Positions 37,779-49,331 of a DNA stretch of 64,000 nucleotides are shown here, piece after piece (position 1 is the first letter of the stretch; the number at the start of each line of letters is the position of its first letter). Made by a program: the position numbers and the translations under genes. The notes under the pieces were generated by a model that made no database searches, was not told the origin of the DNA, and saw only the letters and a program-made list of their open reading frames with translations. Source of the stretch: Heterodontus francisci (lineage: Eukaryota); contig NC_090392.1 of assembly GCF_036365525.1 (NCBI RefSeq), positions 74,602,345 through 74,666,344 on the forward strand. The letters are read 5' to 3'.

Positions 37779-38952
37779 GATATTTCCTCATTTAATCTAT
37801 CAAAAACCCTCATAATTTGAATGTCTGTATTAAATCTCCCCTTAATCTTCTAAGGAGAATAGTTCCAGTTTAGCTAGTCTCTCCACAATGTTCTGCAGAC
37901 CCATGATGGAATTAGTGTGGTCACACCCAAACTAATGGCCATAAATATAAGATAATCACTAATAAATCTAACAGGGAATTCAGGAGAAGCTCCTTTACTC
38001 AGGCAGTGGTCAGAATGTGGAACTTGCTACCACAAGGAGTCGTTGAGGTGAATAGCATGGAGGACTTTAATGATAAGCTAGATAAACACATAAGAGAGAA
38101 AGGATTAGAAGGATATGCTTATGGGATTAGATGAAGAGGGATAGGGATAGGATCATGTAGAGCATAAACACTGGCATGGACCTATTGGGCCGAATGGCCT
38201 GTTTCTGTGCTGTAACTTTATAGTCTGTTTAGGAATCCATTGGACATTGCTTTTTTTAAATTCAGGTGCAGGAATTTTACACAGGGGGTGTGTGAGCTTA
38301 GCCCTGGTCTATTAGTATTCACACACCACTTGCAGATGTGCAGATTGGAAATCTTACAAAATTGCATTTTGGCAGTAATATACATAATAGGGTCAAAGTC
38401 CTTCCTTGTTAGGTGGCTAAAACTCGGAACAAAGAAGGAAAGTAGGTGATATAGGGTATTGGTGCGTATGATATCTGATAGCATGTGTGCTGTAGGCCAT
38501 AGGCAGTTTGGGAAGCAAAGTGATTTTCCACATTGTAGAACTTAAACAAGCAATAGTTCCTTTCGGGAATGTTGTTACCCATCATTGCTGCAACGTGTCA
38601 TGGTAGATAATTGGCCTGAAAGAGATTAAATGCCCGAAGGAACAAATCTGTAAGTTGACTCAGGCTTCAGTCAATCAAGGGGTGGAGCAGTAGGTCCTGA
38701 AGTCAAATTCGCAGAAACAAAAAGTAAGTGATGAATGATCCATTAAATGCTCATCTTACTGATAGGGTTATCTTAATACTAAAAGTATAATTAAGGAAAG
38801 TCAAGACAATAGGCACAAACAATCATCTCAAGCTACAAAAAAATTGAAATCAGCATGGATAGAATACATTCTGAGTCCCCACCCAATTGTGTGATGAAAG
38901 TTATTAGCAGTGGATTTATCTGGAAATGGTACGGATATTGCATCTGTAATAT

Positions 38953-39730
38953 TCGCAAGTAACATTCGCGCCACACAAGTGCCAGGCAATGACCATCTCC
39001 AACAAGAGAGAATCTAACCATCTCCCCTTGACATTCAATGGCATTACTATCACTGAATCCCCCACTATCAACATCCTAGGGGCTACCATTGACCAGAAAC
39101 TGAACTGGAGTAGCCATATAAATACTGTGGCCACAAGAGCAGGTCAGAGGCTAGGAATCCTGAGGTGAGTAACTCCCCTCCTGACTCCCCAAAGCCTGTC
39201 CACCATCTACAAGGCACAAGTCAGGAATACTCCTTACTTGCCTGGATGGGTGCAACTCCAACAACACTCAAGAAGCTCGACACCATCCAGAACAAAGCAG
39301 CCCACTTGATTGGCACCCCATCCACAAACATTCACTCCTTCCACCACCGTCGCACAGTGGCAGCAGTGTGTACCATCTACCAGATGCACTGCAGCAACAC
39401 ACCCAGGCTCCTTAGACAGCACCTTCCAAACCCCGACCTCCACCAACTAGAAGGACAAGGGCAGCAAATGCATGGAAACACCACCGCCTGCAAGTTCCCC
39501 TTCAAGTCACACACCATCCTGACTTGGAATTATATCACCATTCCTTCACTATCGCTGGGTCAAAATCCTGGAACTCCCTTCCTAGCAGCACTGTGGGTGT
39601 ACCTACCCCACATGGACTGCAGCGGTTCAAGAAGGCAGCTCACCACCACCTTCCCAAGGGCAATTAGGGATGGGCAATAAATGCTGGCCTAGCCAGTGAC
39701 ACCCACATCCCATGAATGAGTAAAAAAAAA
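38953..39730 (+). mobile_element. 5'-truncated Zenon-like LINE
   Basis: Near-identical to 21370-22140. Confidence 0.85.
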
Positions 39731-39736
39731 TATGCT

Positions 39737-40044
39737 GGGCAGCACAGTGGCGCAGTGGTTACCACCACAGCCTCACAGCTCCAGGGACCTGGGTTCGGTT
39801 CTGGGTACTGTATGTGCGGAGTTTGCAAGTTCTCCCTGGGGCCGTTTGGGTTTTCGCCGGGTGCTCTGGTTTCCTCCCACAGCCAAAGACTTGCAGGTGA
39901 TAGGTAAATTGCCCCTAGTGTAGGTAGGTGGTAGGAAATATGGAATTACTGTAGGGTTAGTATAAATGGGTGGTTGTTGGTCGGCACAGACTCGGTGGGC
40001 CGAAGGGCCTGTTTCAGTGCTGTATCTCTAAAATAAATAAAAAA
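39737..40044 (+). mobile_element. HE1-like SINE
   Basis: Colinear with 4275-4599; lies directly after the LINE poly-A. Confidence 0.85.
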
Positions 40045-40750
40045 GTGCTGGACACCGGTTCATGCTAACATGTTTAAAAGGTGTGTGTGAGCTGGATTAA
40101 CGTGCTCTGAAATCCAAAGCTTGGATTTTTTTGATAGCCATCAGTCAGCTCACAGATGTCTCAGCTTTTGGTGTGATGTTGGCTGATAGCTAATTCTGCT
40201 GTAGGTGTGCATGCACACTGACTCACACTCGCACATAGCAGATGGCTTTGACATTGTCGCCCACACAGGTCATAGAAATAATAGAAAATTTCAGACACAG
40301 AAGGAGGTTATTTGGCCCATTGACACAAGTTTGCCATCAATACAGTCACATGCATGATCACTCAAACATTTTTAATATGTAATTTCACTATCACATACAT
40401 TCATGCACACACATATACATAGAATCATGGAATTATACAGCACAGAAGGAGGTCATTCACCCACTGTGCCTCTGCTGGGCATGTGCTAATTCACACAGAC
40501 GTTCACACATAGACAAACACAGAGACACACTCACAACTGTTCGGTATTCACAGCCTCACACATAAAAATGCTATCACATACGCATGCACACTTCCCTATT
40601 TGAGCGGGTTGTAACCGAATTAAATTAATGCAAGACAAAGCAATCTTCAAGGAGATACATCCGTTCTATTTACATTGCAATTTATTTTTGTTGTTTGTTT
40701 GCAGAGCAGCACTTCTCCGTGTGATTGAGCAGCTTGGAGTCAGTGGCGTG

Positions 40751-41404
40751 ATGGCGTTGACGTTTTTTGGATGGGAGACTATTTATGACAATCATCATCA
40801 TTTGCAGTCAAATCAGGAACCAGTGAGTGGGAGAGAATATACCATGTACCATGGAACCTCAGTCAGCAATGCAAAGTCTATAATACAATCAGGCTTCAAG
40901 CAATCAAGCAAGGGGATGCTCGGCCCTGGAGTTTATGTTAGCAGAGACAAAGAGAAAGCTCGGAGGTATCCAATCAACAGTCCGAATGATAGAGTTATCT
41001 TAATGCTAAAAGTACGAGTAGGGAAAGTCAAGAAAATAGACAGAGAAAATCATCCCATGGCAACAACTTGGAATCAACAGGGATACGATACAGCTTGGGT
41101 CCCTCCCAACTGTGGAATGAAAAATGTTCCCAGTGGATTGGAGGAAGACTGTGTTTGGGATCCACAAAGGATCCGAGTGATTGATGTAATAGGTGCCCCT
41201 GATCCCATAACAACACAGCAGTTGAAAGATTTGCTTCAAGCAAGTTTGAACAGCAAACCTGCGTCCAGACTGGAATCAGCTGAGCCCTGTGGGGTCTGTA
41301 AAAACAACATGGTACCTTCTCATCAGTTACAGCTCTGCTGGGGTTGTGGACAGACTATCTGTCCTTTTATGGGGAAACACTTCTGCAACAGCAGTAGAAA
41401 GTGA
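40751..41404 (+). CDS. gig2: Gig2-like PARP-like ADP-ribosyltransferase with C-terminal Cys/His finger (217 aa), copy 2
   Basis: MALTFFGWE aligns with MSVEFYGWQ of copy 1; YTMYHGT, GMLGPGVYVSRD and EEDCVWDP present; acceptor ttgtttgtttgcag ends at 40704. Confidence 0.9.
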   Translation: MALTFFGWETIYDNHHHLQSNQEPVSGREYTMYHGTSVSNAKSIIQSGFKQSSKGMLGPGVYVSRDKEKARRYPINSPNDRVILMLKVRVGKVKKIDRENHPMATTWNQQGYDTAWVPPNCGMKNVPSGLEEDCVWDPQRIRVIDVIGAPDPITTQQLKDLLQASLNSKPASRLESAEPCGVCKNNMVPSHQLQLCWGCGQTICPFMGKHFCNSSRK

Positions 41405-43089
41405 AACCTGATGGGACTTGGCACCTTCATTTTTTTCTGTCTTTTTCTTCAAGACTTTGACACTGCCTGGTTAATGAAATGCTGCTCTGAATCCAGGGTT
41501 GCAGGATGTGTTGGCACATTGGCCTTTCTCCTCTGTGAGGCCCGGGTTCAAATCTAGCCCAGGCTGATGTATTGAAAGTCTAGATGAAATGAGTTTATAG
41601 GTCATAGGCCCAAAGTCTGAAACCACTCCAAATTTGGTAGTAAACTGGCAGCCTTATTTAGAAGGACCATAAAAGCTGGTGTGGAAAATGGAAGAATGTT
41701 ATAAGTATGTAGAATGAACAGCACAGAAACAGGCCATTGGGCCACAGTAGCCTCTTCCCACCACTCTTCATCTCACCCCTATCAGAACCTTCTATTCCTT
41801 TCTCCCTCATGTGTTTACCAGGAGTAGGTCGGGGTTGTATTATGAAGTAGGCTGTGCATTCACCTCACATGTACTTACTTAATGCTTCCACTATGTGGTT
41901 GATGTGGAAAATTCAATTTCCAAACTCTTTCATCTTCCCATTTTCTGCTTCATAAATCTTGGTATCCAATTGCTCAATCTCCATTCCTCGACTTTTTAAG
42001 TGGTTGGACACTGCAGCCTCTCCACGCTCGCTGAGTAAGTCACCTTCCCCAAAAGTGCACAAAAAATTGGCGAATTCTTTCTCACTGCTAGCACTTGTAA
42101 TTTTGGAGTTTTGGGAAGGAACTTGCATATTACACACCACCACTGATATAATAATCCACCTTATAACACTAGCTTCCCTAGAGACTGATAAAAATATTAA
42201 TGCTGATGTTGATCAGCGACAATTAAAATGGGCTGAATGGCCTCTTTCTGTGCTGTCTGATTCTATGGCATCTGAACCTTGATCTTCCTTAAACATGGAA
42301 AATTTAGAATGGGAATGGTAATAAATCAAGTGTTCTTTGGGAGGGCTAGCATTACTGTGATGAGTCAAATGCCTCTTTCTGTGCTGTAAAACTGTTATGG
42401 CTTTATGACAGTGAATTTCTGTGGCCATTCGCTGTGAATAATTCACCCCTTTAAGCCAGTACCTCAGAATACCAGCACCTAGTGTGCTAAGTAAAAGTCA
42501 TTCAATAATGGCACATTAGTGTTTTGAGACCTAGCACGATACTCTAATTTATGTTAAATTATTACCCTTCTTATTGTTGTAATTTTCTGCTGCAAAAAGA
42601 AACAAAATCCTTTGGAAAAGCCACGTATTCCATCACTACTACAGCGAGTTATCTCAGTCTTGAACTGAGGTCTTTGGAATACGAGACACCTGAGGAAATT
42701 CAACCATCTCTGGAACATGATACGACGCAGTCAATTTATTAAGCCTGGTGCTTTCAATTCATAAAACTTCCCTTTGTTGCCAGCTTGCAGCATGGAAAAA
42801 CTTTTTTTTAGAAAAAGATTTCCCACTTTCAAACTGAATGGGAGGGTAAGTCAGAGAAAAAAAGTGAAAGGTTTAAAACATAACTTTTAGGGACAACATA
42901 TTTGGAAAGGTAGATGAGTTAGATTAGATAGAAAAATAGTCCAAGTTAAATCAGGAGAGTCGGCCAGAGCAAGCAGGGAGGAAAAAAGGGTAGAACGAGG
43001 AAGGAATGGCAGGAAGAACAGGTGCAGCGCTTATCTTTCTGTTTTTCATATGGATTTTCATAGTTTAGCATTAATATTCCAACATAAAT

Positions 43090-43381
43090 ATCTGTCCTCT
43101 CAGGTGGACGGAAAAGATTCCACAGCATTACTTCAAAGTAGAGTCGGGGAGCTCCCGAGTGTCATGGACAATATTTATCCCTCAAACAACATTACTTAAT
43201 ATAGGTTAACTTGCCATTTATTTCATTGTTATTGTGGGAGCTTGCTATATGAAAATTGGCCACTATATTTCCTATATTACGACAGTGGCTGTACTTTGAA
43301 AGTACTTCATTGGTTGTAAAGCACTTTGGTATGTTCTGAGGTGGGTGAAAGATATATCTATATAAAGGCAAATCTGTCTTT
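43090..43381 (+). mobile_element. Deu-domain SINE
   Basis: aatatttatccctca...aagtacttcattggttgtaaagcactttgg. Confidence 0.7.
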
Positions 43382-43764
43382 ATATAAAAGAAAGGTGAAA
43401 ATGAGTGTAAAATGTACACCTTATCCATTAGGTGGTGCAGTTCTGTGCTCTGCCACCCGATGACTAGTTTGCAACCTTCGCATCCTATTTGGCCCTGAGC
43501 TGAATTTCTGACCCCACACCCACAAACACCGCCTGCTTCCACTCTGTAATGTTGACAGTTCCAGTTATTATTTCCCAAGGTAAACCAGTCACTGGACTCA
43601 GTTTGCGTGTCATTTCCTGACCAGTGCTTAGACAATTACTCCTCTTCAGACCCTGATGCCCCCCCCCCACCCCCGCACCCCCCTGCCCAGATCCTCACAG
43701 TACGCTGAAGTGGTTGCAGCGGTTCGCGATTTTCAATCTGCAACTAGAAGATCCCATTGTTTGA

Positions 43765-44135
43765 ACCTTTATAAAGCTCTGCTTAGGCCCCAACTAGAGT
43801 ATTACATCCTGTTCTGGACTTTAGGAAGGATGTGAGTTTCCTTGAGAGGGTGCAGGGAAGATTTACCAAAATGGATCCAGGGATGGGTGATTTTAGATAT
43901 AAGGTTAGGTTGTAAAAGCTGGGGTTGTTCTCCCTGGAGCAAAGGAGATTGAGGGGAGATTTGATAGAGGTGTATAAGATTATGACAGGTTGAGATAAGG
44001 TAGACAAGGAAAAACTGTTCCCACTAACTGATGGTACAAGGACTAGAGGACAGAGATTGAAGGTTTTGGGCAAGAGGTGCAGGGTGAATGTGAGGAAGAA
44101 CATTTTTTATGCAGCGAATGGTAATGACCTGGAGC
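43765..44135 (+). mobile_element. CR1 LINE 3' fragment
   Basis: gagagggtgcag...gaggggagatttgatagaggtg...gactagaggacaga. Confidence 0.75.
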
Positions 44136-44719
44136 TAGACTGTAATCCATTATATTATTTAGATTATTTTTGTATTTTAATAAACCTAAAATTGAAAGGT
44201 GGCAAAAAAGGGCTGACTTTATATTTGCATCAAGGGCAATTATAACATTCCCTAAGCTTAGCTGAAAAATAGTTACCTTTACATTCACTTTATCACCTCC
44301 AAATGGAGACCTGGTTCTATTCGAAGGCCTTTCTAACCAAAACATCGACACTCTATGTGCAACTTTGGGACCAGGCCAAGGACTTTTGGATATGGATGGG
44401 ACTGAATGCAGACTCCATCCTAAGCCTATGGATTGGCACCACTTAGAAACAATACAAATGAACTTAGATCATAATCACAAGAGGGAAGAGATTGGAATAA
44501 GTAAGCTGAGTTGGGCTGCTCTAAGGGATTCTTTTTTATGACACACCCCATGTAACCTCGAATGTTGGTCGTGAATATTTGTAACTTCTAATCCCTAATA
44601 AATCTGCAAGCCTTTTGACTTGGTGTTTGAATACATTATTAATATAGACACAGGACTGGAACCTTCTTTGTCTAAATACTGAAACAGAATTCAGATTCCT
44701 AACAGTAGCATCACCCAGC

Positions 44720-45132
44720 TCAACCACTACCTCAGCCTATCTGCTGCTTAAATTCTCATTCAGACTCATCCAGACTCACCTGTTCCAATGCTCTCCAACT
44801 GGCCTATCATTCTTCACTCTCCATGAACTGCACACCATCCAAAACTCTGCCAGTAGATCCTATCCTGTGCACCCATCACCTAATCCTCATGGATCCATAT
44901 TGGCTCCCATACACCCCCGCCCACAAAAGTCTCAAATTTAAAATTCTCATCCATTCTTGATAAACTCACCAAATTCTTCCATGGCTTCACCCCTCCTTAT
45001 CTCTACAAGCTCCTTCAGCCCTCCAATGCCCTTCAACTCTCTGTACCTCCAAGGCTGGCCTCCGTGCATTCGCCCTCACTTCAACCCACCATTGGCGGTT
45101 TGTGCCTTCATGCTCGGAAATTTCCTCCTTAA
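44720..45132 (+). mobile_element. Old L2-like LINE 3' fragment
   Basis: ccatccaaaactctgcc...cccatcacc...tggctccc...tttaaaattctcatcc...ccattggcgg, resembling a vertebrate L2 ORF2 end. Confidence 0.55.
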
Positions 45133-45445
45133 ACTCATCTTGGCAGACCGAAGGAGGTCGTTGACTCTCTTTCTGTACTGGACCCATGTCTGGGGAGTGA
45201 TCCGACAGCTGCTTACCTCCTCTCCGATCGCCGTCCAGGCTTGCCATCCCTGGGAAGGAGGACCTCCCACCTTTCCCTTGCAGCCTGGAGGAGAAAATGA
45301 AGGGAGGCATCGCTAAATTGTGGGGCCACCCAGTGTCTTGCCTAAGACAGGGCCCCAGGTCGATCAGGCTATGTTCCAACAACTAAAAGTCCTGGCGCAG
45401 CGGGGTCCAGGAGTTGCAGTCACAGGAATCAGCAACTACAGTTGT

Positions 45446-48400
45446 GTTGCTGATGTCCCTGACTCCTTCACGTGCTGGAAGTGTGTCCAGCTGCAGCTCT
45501 TGTTAGACCGCATGACGGCTCTGGAGCTGCAGATGGACTCACTTTGGAGCATCCGCGATGCTGAGGAGGTCGTGGATGGCACGTTTAGCGAATTGGTCAC
45601 ACCGCAGATTAGGATTGCTGAGGGAGAAAGGGAATGGGTGACCAAAAGGCAGAGAAAGAGCAGGAAGGCAGTGCAGGTGTCCCCTGCGGTCATCTCCCTC
45701 CAAAACAGGTATACCATTTTGGATACTGTTGAGGAAGATGGCTCACCAGGGGAAGGCAGCAGAAGCCAGGTTCATGGCACCGTGGCTGGCTCTGCTGTTC
45801 GGAAGGACGGGAAAAAGAGTGGAAGGGCTATAGTCATAGGGGTTTCGATTGTAAGGGGAGTAGATAGGCGGTTCTGTGGTCGAAAATGAGACTCCCGAAT
45901 GGTATGTTGCCTCCCAGGTGCATGGGTCAGGGATGTCTCAGATCGGCTGCAGAACATTCTGAAAGGGGAGGGTGAACAGCCAGTTGTCGTTGTGCACATA
46001 GGCACCAATGATATAGGTAAAAAACGGGATGAGGTCCTACAAGCAGAATTTAGGGAGTTAGGAGCCAAGTTAAAAAGTAGGACCTCAGAGGTAGTAATCT
46101 CAGGATTGCTACCAGTGCCACGTCAGGATGAATGTGTGGCTTGAGAGATGGTGCAGGAGGGAGGGGTTCAGATTTTTGGGACATTGGGACCGGTTCTGGG
46201 GGAGGTGGGACTATTACAAATTGGACGGTCTACACCTGGGCCGGACTGGAACCAATGTCCTTGGGGGTGCTTTTGCTAACGCTGTTGGGGAGGGTTTAAA
46301 CTAATGTGGCAGGGGGATGGGAACCAAATGAGGAGGTCAGTGGACAGTAAGGAGGTAGTAACTAAAGCCTGTAAGGAACTAGATAATGAAGTCAGCGTGA
46401 CTAAGGGAAAGAGTAGACAGGGAGCAGATGATGAACGTAAAGGGACTGGTGGTCTGAGGTGTATTTGTTTTAATGCAAGAAGTGTAGTAGGTAAGGCAGA
46501 TGAACTTAGGGCTTGGATTAGTACCTGGGAGTATGATGTTATTGCTATTACTGAGACTTGGTTGAGGGAAGGGCATGATTGGCCACTAAATATCCCAGGA
46601 TATCGATGCTTCAGGTGGGATAGAGAGGGAGGTAAAAGGGGTGGAGGAGTTGCATTACTGGTCAAAGAGGATATCACAGCTGTGCTGAAGGAGGGCACTA
46701 TGGAGGACTCGAGCAGTGAGGCAATATGGGCAGAACTCAGAAATAGGAAGGGTGCGGTAACAATGTTGGGGCTGTACTACAGGCCTCCCAACAGCGAGCG
46801 TGAGATAGAGGTACAAATATGTAAACAGATTATGGAAAGATGTAGGAGCAACAGGGTGGTGGTGATAGGAGATTTTAATTTTCCCAACATTGACTGGGAT
46901 TCACTTAACGTTAGAGGTCTAGATGGAGCAGAATTTGTAAGGAGCATCCAGGAGGGTTTTCTAGAGCAGTATGTAAATAGTCCAACTCGGGAAGGGGCCA
47001 TACTGGACCTGGTGTTGGGGAATGAGCCCGGCCAGGTGGTTGAAGTTTCAGTAGGGGACTACTTTGGGAATAGTGATCACAATTCCGTAAGTTTTAGAAT
47101 ACTCATGGACAAAGACGAGAGTGGTCCTAAAGGAAGAGTGCTAAATTGGGGGAAGGCCAACTATACCAAAATTCAGCAGGAGCTGGGGAATGTAGATTGG
47201 GAGCAGCTGTTTGAAGGTAAATCCACATTTGATATGTGGGAGGCTTTTAAAGAGAGGTTGATTAGCGTGCAGGAGAGACATGTTCCTGTGAAAATGAGGG
47301 ATAGAAATGGCAAGATTAGGGAACCATGGATGACAGGTGAAATTGTGAGAGTAGCTAAGAGGAAAAAGGAAGCATACATAAGGTCTAGGAGGCTGAAGAA
47401 AGACGAAGCTTTGAAAGAATATCGGGAATGTAGGACCAATCTGAAACGAGGAATTAAGAGGGCTAAAAGGGGTCATGAAATATCTTTAGCAAACAGGGTT
47501 AAGGAAAATCCCAAAGCCTTTTATTCATATATAAGGAGCAAGAGGGTAACTGGAGAAAGGATTGGCCCACTCAAGGACAAAGGAGGAAAGTTATGCGTGG
47601 AGTCAGAGAAAATGGGTGAGATTCTAAACGAGTACTTTGCATCGGTATTCACCGAGGAGAGGGACATGACGGATGTTGAGGTTAGGGACAGATGTTTGAT
47701 TACTCTAGGTCAAGTCGGCATAAGGAGAGAGGAAGTGTTGGGTATTCTAAAAGGCATTAAGGTGGACAAGTCCCCAGGTCCGGATGGGATCTATCCCAGG
47801 TTACTGAGGGAAGCGAGAGAGGAAATAGCTGGGGCCTTAACAGATATCTTTGCAGCATCCTTAAACACGGGCGAGGTCCCGGAGGACTGGAGAATTGCTA
47901 ATGTTGTCCCCTTGTTTAAGAAGGGTAGCAGGGATAATCCAGGTAATTATAGACCGGTGAGCCTGACGTCAGTGGTAGGGAAGCTGCTGGAGAAGATACT
48001 GAGGGATAGGATCTATTCCCATTTGGAAGAAAATGGGCTTATCAGTGATAGGCAACATGGTTTTGTGCAGGGAAGGTCATGTCTTACCAAATTAATAGAA
48101 TTCTTTGAGGAAGTGACAAAGTTGATTGATGAGGGAAGGGCTGTAGATGTCATATACATGGACTTCAGTAAGGCGTTTGATAAGGTTCCCCATGGTAGGC
48201 TGATGGAGAAAGTGAAGGCGCATGGGGTCCATGGTGTACTAGCTAGATGGATAAAGAACTGGCTGGGCAACAGGAGACAGAGAGTAGCAGTGGAAGGGAG
48301 TTTCTCAAAATGGAGATGTGTGACCAGTGGTGTTCCACAGGGATCCGTGCTGGGACCACTGTTGTTTGTGATATACATAAATGATTTGGAGGAAAGTATA

Positions 48401-49331
48401 GGTGGTCTAATTAGCAAGTTTGCAGACGACACTAAGATTGGTGGAGTAGCAGATAGTGAAGGGGACTGTCAGAGAATACAGCAGAATATAAATAGATTGG
48501 AGAGTTGGGCAGAGAAATGGCAGATGGAGTTCAATCAGGGCAAATGCGAGGTGATGCATTTTGGAAGATCCAATTCAAGAGTGAACTATACAGTAAATGG
48601 AAAAGTCCTGGGGAAAATTGATGTACAGAGAGATTTGGGTGTTCAGGTCCATTGTTCCCTGAAGGTGGCAACGCAGGTCAATAGAGTGGTCGAGAAGGCA
48701 TACGGCATGCTTTCCTTCATCGGACGGGGTATTGAGTAGGTCATGTTACAGTTGTATAAGACTTTGGTTCGGCCACATTTGGAATACTGCGTGCAGTTCT
48801 GGTCGCCACATTACCAAAAGGATGTGGATGCTTTGGAGAGGGTGCAGAGGAGGTTCACCAGGATGTTGCCTGGTATGGAGGGTGCTAGCTATGAAGAGAG
48901 GTTGAGTAGATTAGGATTATTTTCATTAGAAAGGCGGATGTTGAGGGGGAACCTGATTGAGGTGCACAAAATCATGAGAGGTATAGACAGGGTGGATAGC
49001 AAGAAGCTTTTTCCCAGAGTGGGGGATTCAATTACTAGGGGTCACGAGTTCAAAGTGAGAGGGAAAAAGTTTAGGGGGGATATGCGTGGAAAGTTCTTTA
49101 CGCAGAGGGTGGTGGGTGCCTGGAACGCGTTGCCAGCGGAGGTGGTAGACGCGGGCACGATAGCGTCTTTTAAGATGTATCTGGACAGATATATGAATGG
49201 GCAGGAAGCAAAGAGATACAGACCCTTAGAAAATAGGCCACATGTTTAGATAGAGGATCTGGATTGGCGCAGGCTTGGAGGGCCGAAGGGCCTGTTCCTG
49301 TGCTGTAATTTTCTTTGTTCTTTGTTCTTTG
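45446..49331 (+). mobile_element. Near-intact CR1 (HER1-like) LINE
   Basis: ORF1 (CWKC, SGNH-like VVVHIGTND) with a TGA at 45887 and a short deletion; 811-aa ORF2 (NARS, ITETWL, GDFN, SDH, GVPQGSVLGP, FADD); (TTCTTTG)3 tail. Confidence 0.95.
46304..49249 (+). pseudogene. CR1 ORF2 (APE endonuclease + reverse transcriptase), broken once near 48737
   Basis: Open for 811 codons, then a stop at 48737-48739 (probably created by a short deletion); the same frame resumes as MLQLYKTLVRPHLEYCVQFW. Confidence 0.9.

Noticed and set aside
40628-40750. 41-aa N-terminal extension of copy 2 in the ORF track
   Set aside because: The ATG at 40628 lies upstream of a strong polypyrimidine/AG acceptor (40704), and homology to copy 1 begins at ATG 40751.
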